Shown here in pieces: positions 62,952 to 64,000 of a stretch of DNA of 64,000 nt. Position 1 is the stretch's first letter. Each line of letters opens with the position of its first letter. The notes below the pieces were generated by a model. It made no database searches and had not been told where the DNA came from. It saw only the letters and a program-made list of their open reading frames with translations. The DNA is taken from positions 1,792,001-1,856,000 of the forward strand of contig CAVTTN010000002.1 of assembly GCA_963737655.1 (NCBI GenBank), given 5' to 3'. A program made the position numbers and the translations under genes. The DNA is from an uncultured Planctomycetota bacterium. Its GTDB lineage: Bacteria; Planctomycetota; Planctomycetia; Isosphaerales; Isosphaeraceae.

Positions 62952-64000
62952 ATGACTGCGATGTCCCCCCCGCAAGCGAACTCCCGCCAGACCCCGGCCG
63001 ACCCCTCGACGGGTCCGCGACGACGGGAGGCGGCCCGTCGTCGCGCGAAGAAGCTCATGTTCGAGGTGCTCGAAGGCCGGGTGATGCTCGACGGCGACCT
63101 CGCCTCGGCCCAGCAGGCGTACAACCAGGCGATGACTCAGGCCGCCAGCGACGAGCAAGCGGCCAACGACGCCCGGAACGCCGCCGTGGCCGCCGCTCAG
63201 ACCGCCCTGGACGGCGTGACCCAGCAGGCCAACGCCGCGTGGTCGGCGAGCGAGGCCGACGCCTGGTCCACGTATCAGAGCGTCGTCAGCGCCGCCGACT
63301 CGACCTACTGGAGCGCGGTGAATCCGGCGTGGTCGGCCTATCAGGACGTCCTGAACAACGCCCAGACGGCCTACAACGCGGCGGCCTCGGCGGCCGACGG
63401 CAAGCAGTCGGCGGCCAACGCCTCGGCCGAGGCGGACTACCAGCAGGCCCAGACCGACGCCCAGGCGACGTACGACGCGGCGGTGGCCTCGGCCGACTCC
63501 ACGTACAACGACGCCTCGGCCGCGGCGCAAGCGGCCTTCGCCGTGGCCTCGGCGGCGGCCGACGCCACGCGAGACCAGGCCGAGGCCACGGCCCAGGCGA
63601 CCTCCGATGCCGCCGTGGCGGCGGCCAACACGGTCTACCAGGCCGCGAGCGACGGCGCGTTCGCGAGCTATCAGGCGACCGTCGCGGCCCTCCAGGCGAC
63701 GATGGACGGCGCGATCGCCGCGCTCGGGGTCACGCGAGACGCGGCGGTGGCCGCCGCGGGCTCGGCCCACTCCGCGACGATGGCGACGGCCCAGGCGGCC
63801 CACGATTCGGCGGTGGCGACGGCCCAGGCCGGCTTCGACGCCGCCCAGACCGCCGCCGGGACGGCCCGCGACTCCGCCAACGCCGCCGCGGAGGCCACCT
63901 ACAACGACGCGCTCGCCCAGGCCGCGAACCAGTACGCCGCCGGGGCCCAGGACCAGGGCCAGACCGCCCCGCTGAACCTCGACGCCGACCCCGGCTATCA
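62952..64000 (+). CDS. Large Ala-rich helical protein with planctomycete export motif (3' truncated by the window; not in the ORF track)
   Basis: GGAG RBS; RRRAKKLMFEVLEGRVML matches the E-x-L-E-x-R-x-L-L N-terminal motif; frame stays open to the window end with A/Y/D-periodic repeats. Confidence 0.85.
   Translation, partial: MTAMSPPQANSRQTPADPSTGPRRREAARRRAKKLMFEVLEGRVMLDGDLASAQQAYNQAMTQAASDEQAANDARNAAVAAAQTALDGVTQQANAAWSASEADAWSTYQSVVSAADSTYWSAVNPAWSAYQDVLNNAQTAYNAAASAADGKQSAANASAEADYQQAQTDAQATYDAAVASADSTYNDASAAAQAAFAVASAAADATRDQAEATAQATSDAAVAAANTVYQAASDGAFASYQATVAALQATMDGAIAALGVTRDAAVAAAGSAHSATMATAQAAHDSAVATAQAGFDAAQTAAGTARDSANAAAEATYNDALAQAANQYAAGAQDQGQTAPLNLDADPGY

Overview
High-GC bacterial chromosome segment, very likely a planctomycete (Isosphaeraceae-like). 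Markers are a DUF1559 prepilin-like protein, a planctomycete-type ECF sigma plus Ser/Thr kinase pair, a Minf_1886-type protein, sulfatases and a protein with a planctomycete-type export motif. Most of the window is housekeeping or envelope genes (pfkA, ppa, hflX, truB, miaA, egtD, pdxA, GT-C glycosyltransferases). The standout is a ~14.6 kb single-strand operon at 27549-42125, between ppa and a Trm112 gene. It encodes a terminase large subunit, portal, scaffold, SU10-like major capsid protein, head-completion-like proteins and several spike/fibre-like proteins. I could not recognise an integrase, repressor, replication gene, small terminase, tail tube, tape measure, lysin or att repeats, so it is a candidate domesticated phage or gene transfer agent (GTA)-like system. 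Other features: a 147-bp MITE inserted exactly in the loop of a REP-like hairpin (an empty copy lies 2 kb away), a decayed IS66, an internally deleted sulfatase, a Fic protein with Tyr in place of the catalytic His, and a divergent DAC-domain protein. About nine single-base frameshifts, mostly in G/C runs and including housekeeping genes, suggest assembly errors. All family calls come from reading motifs by eye; no database search was run.
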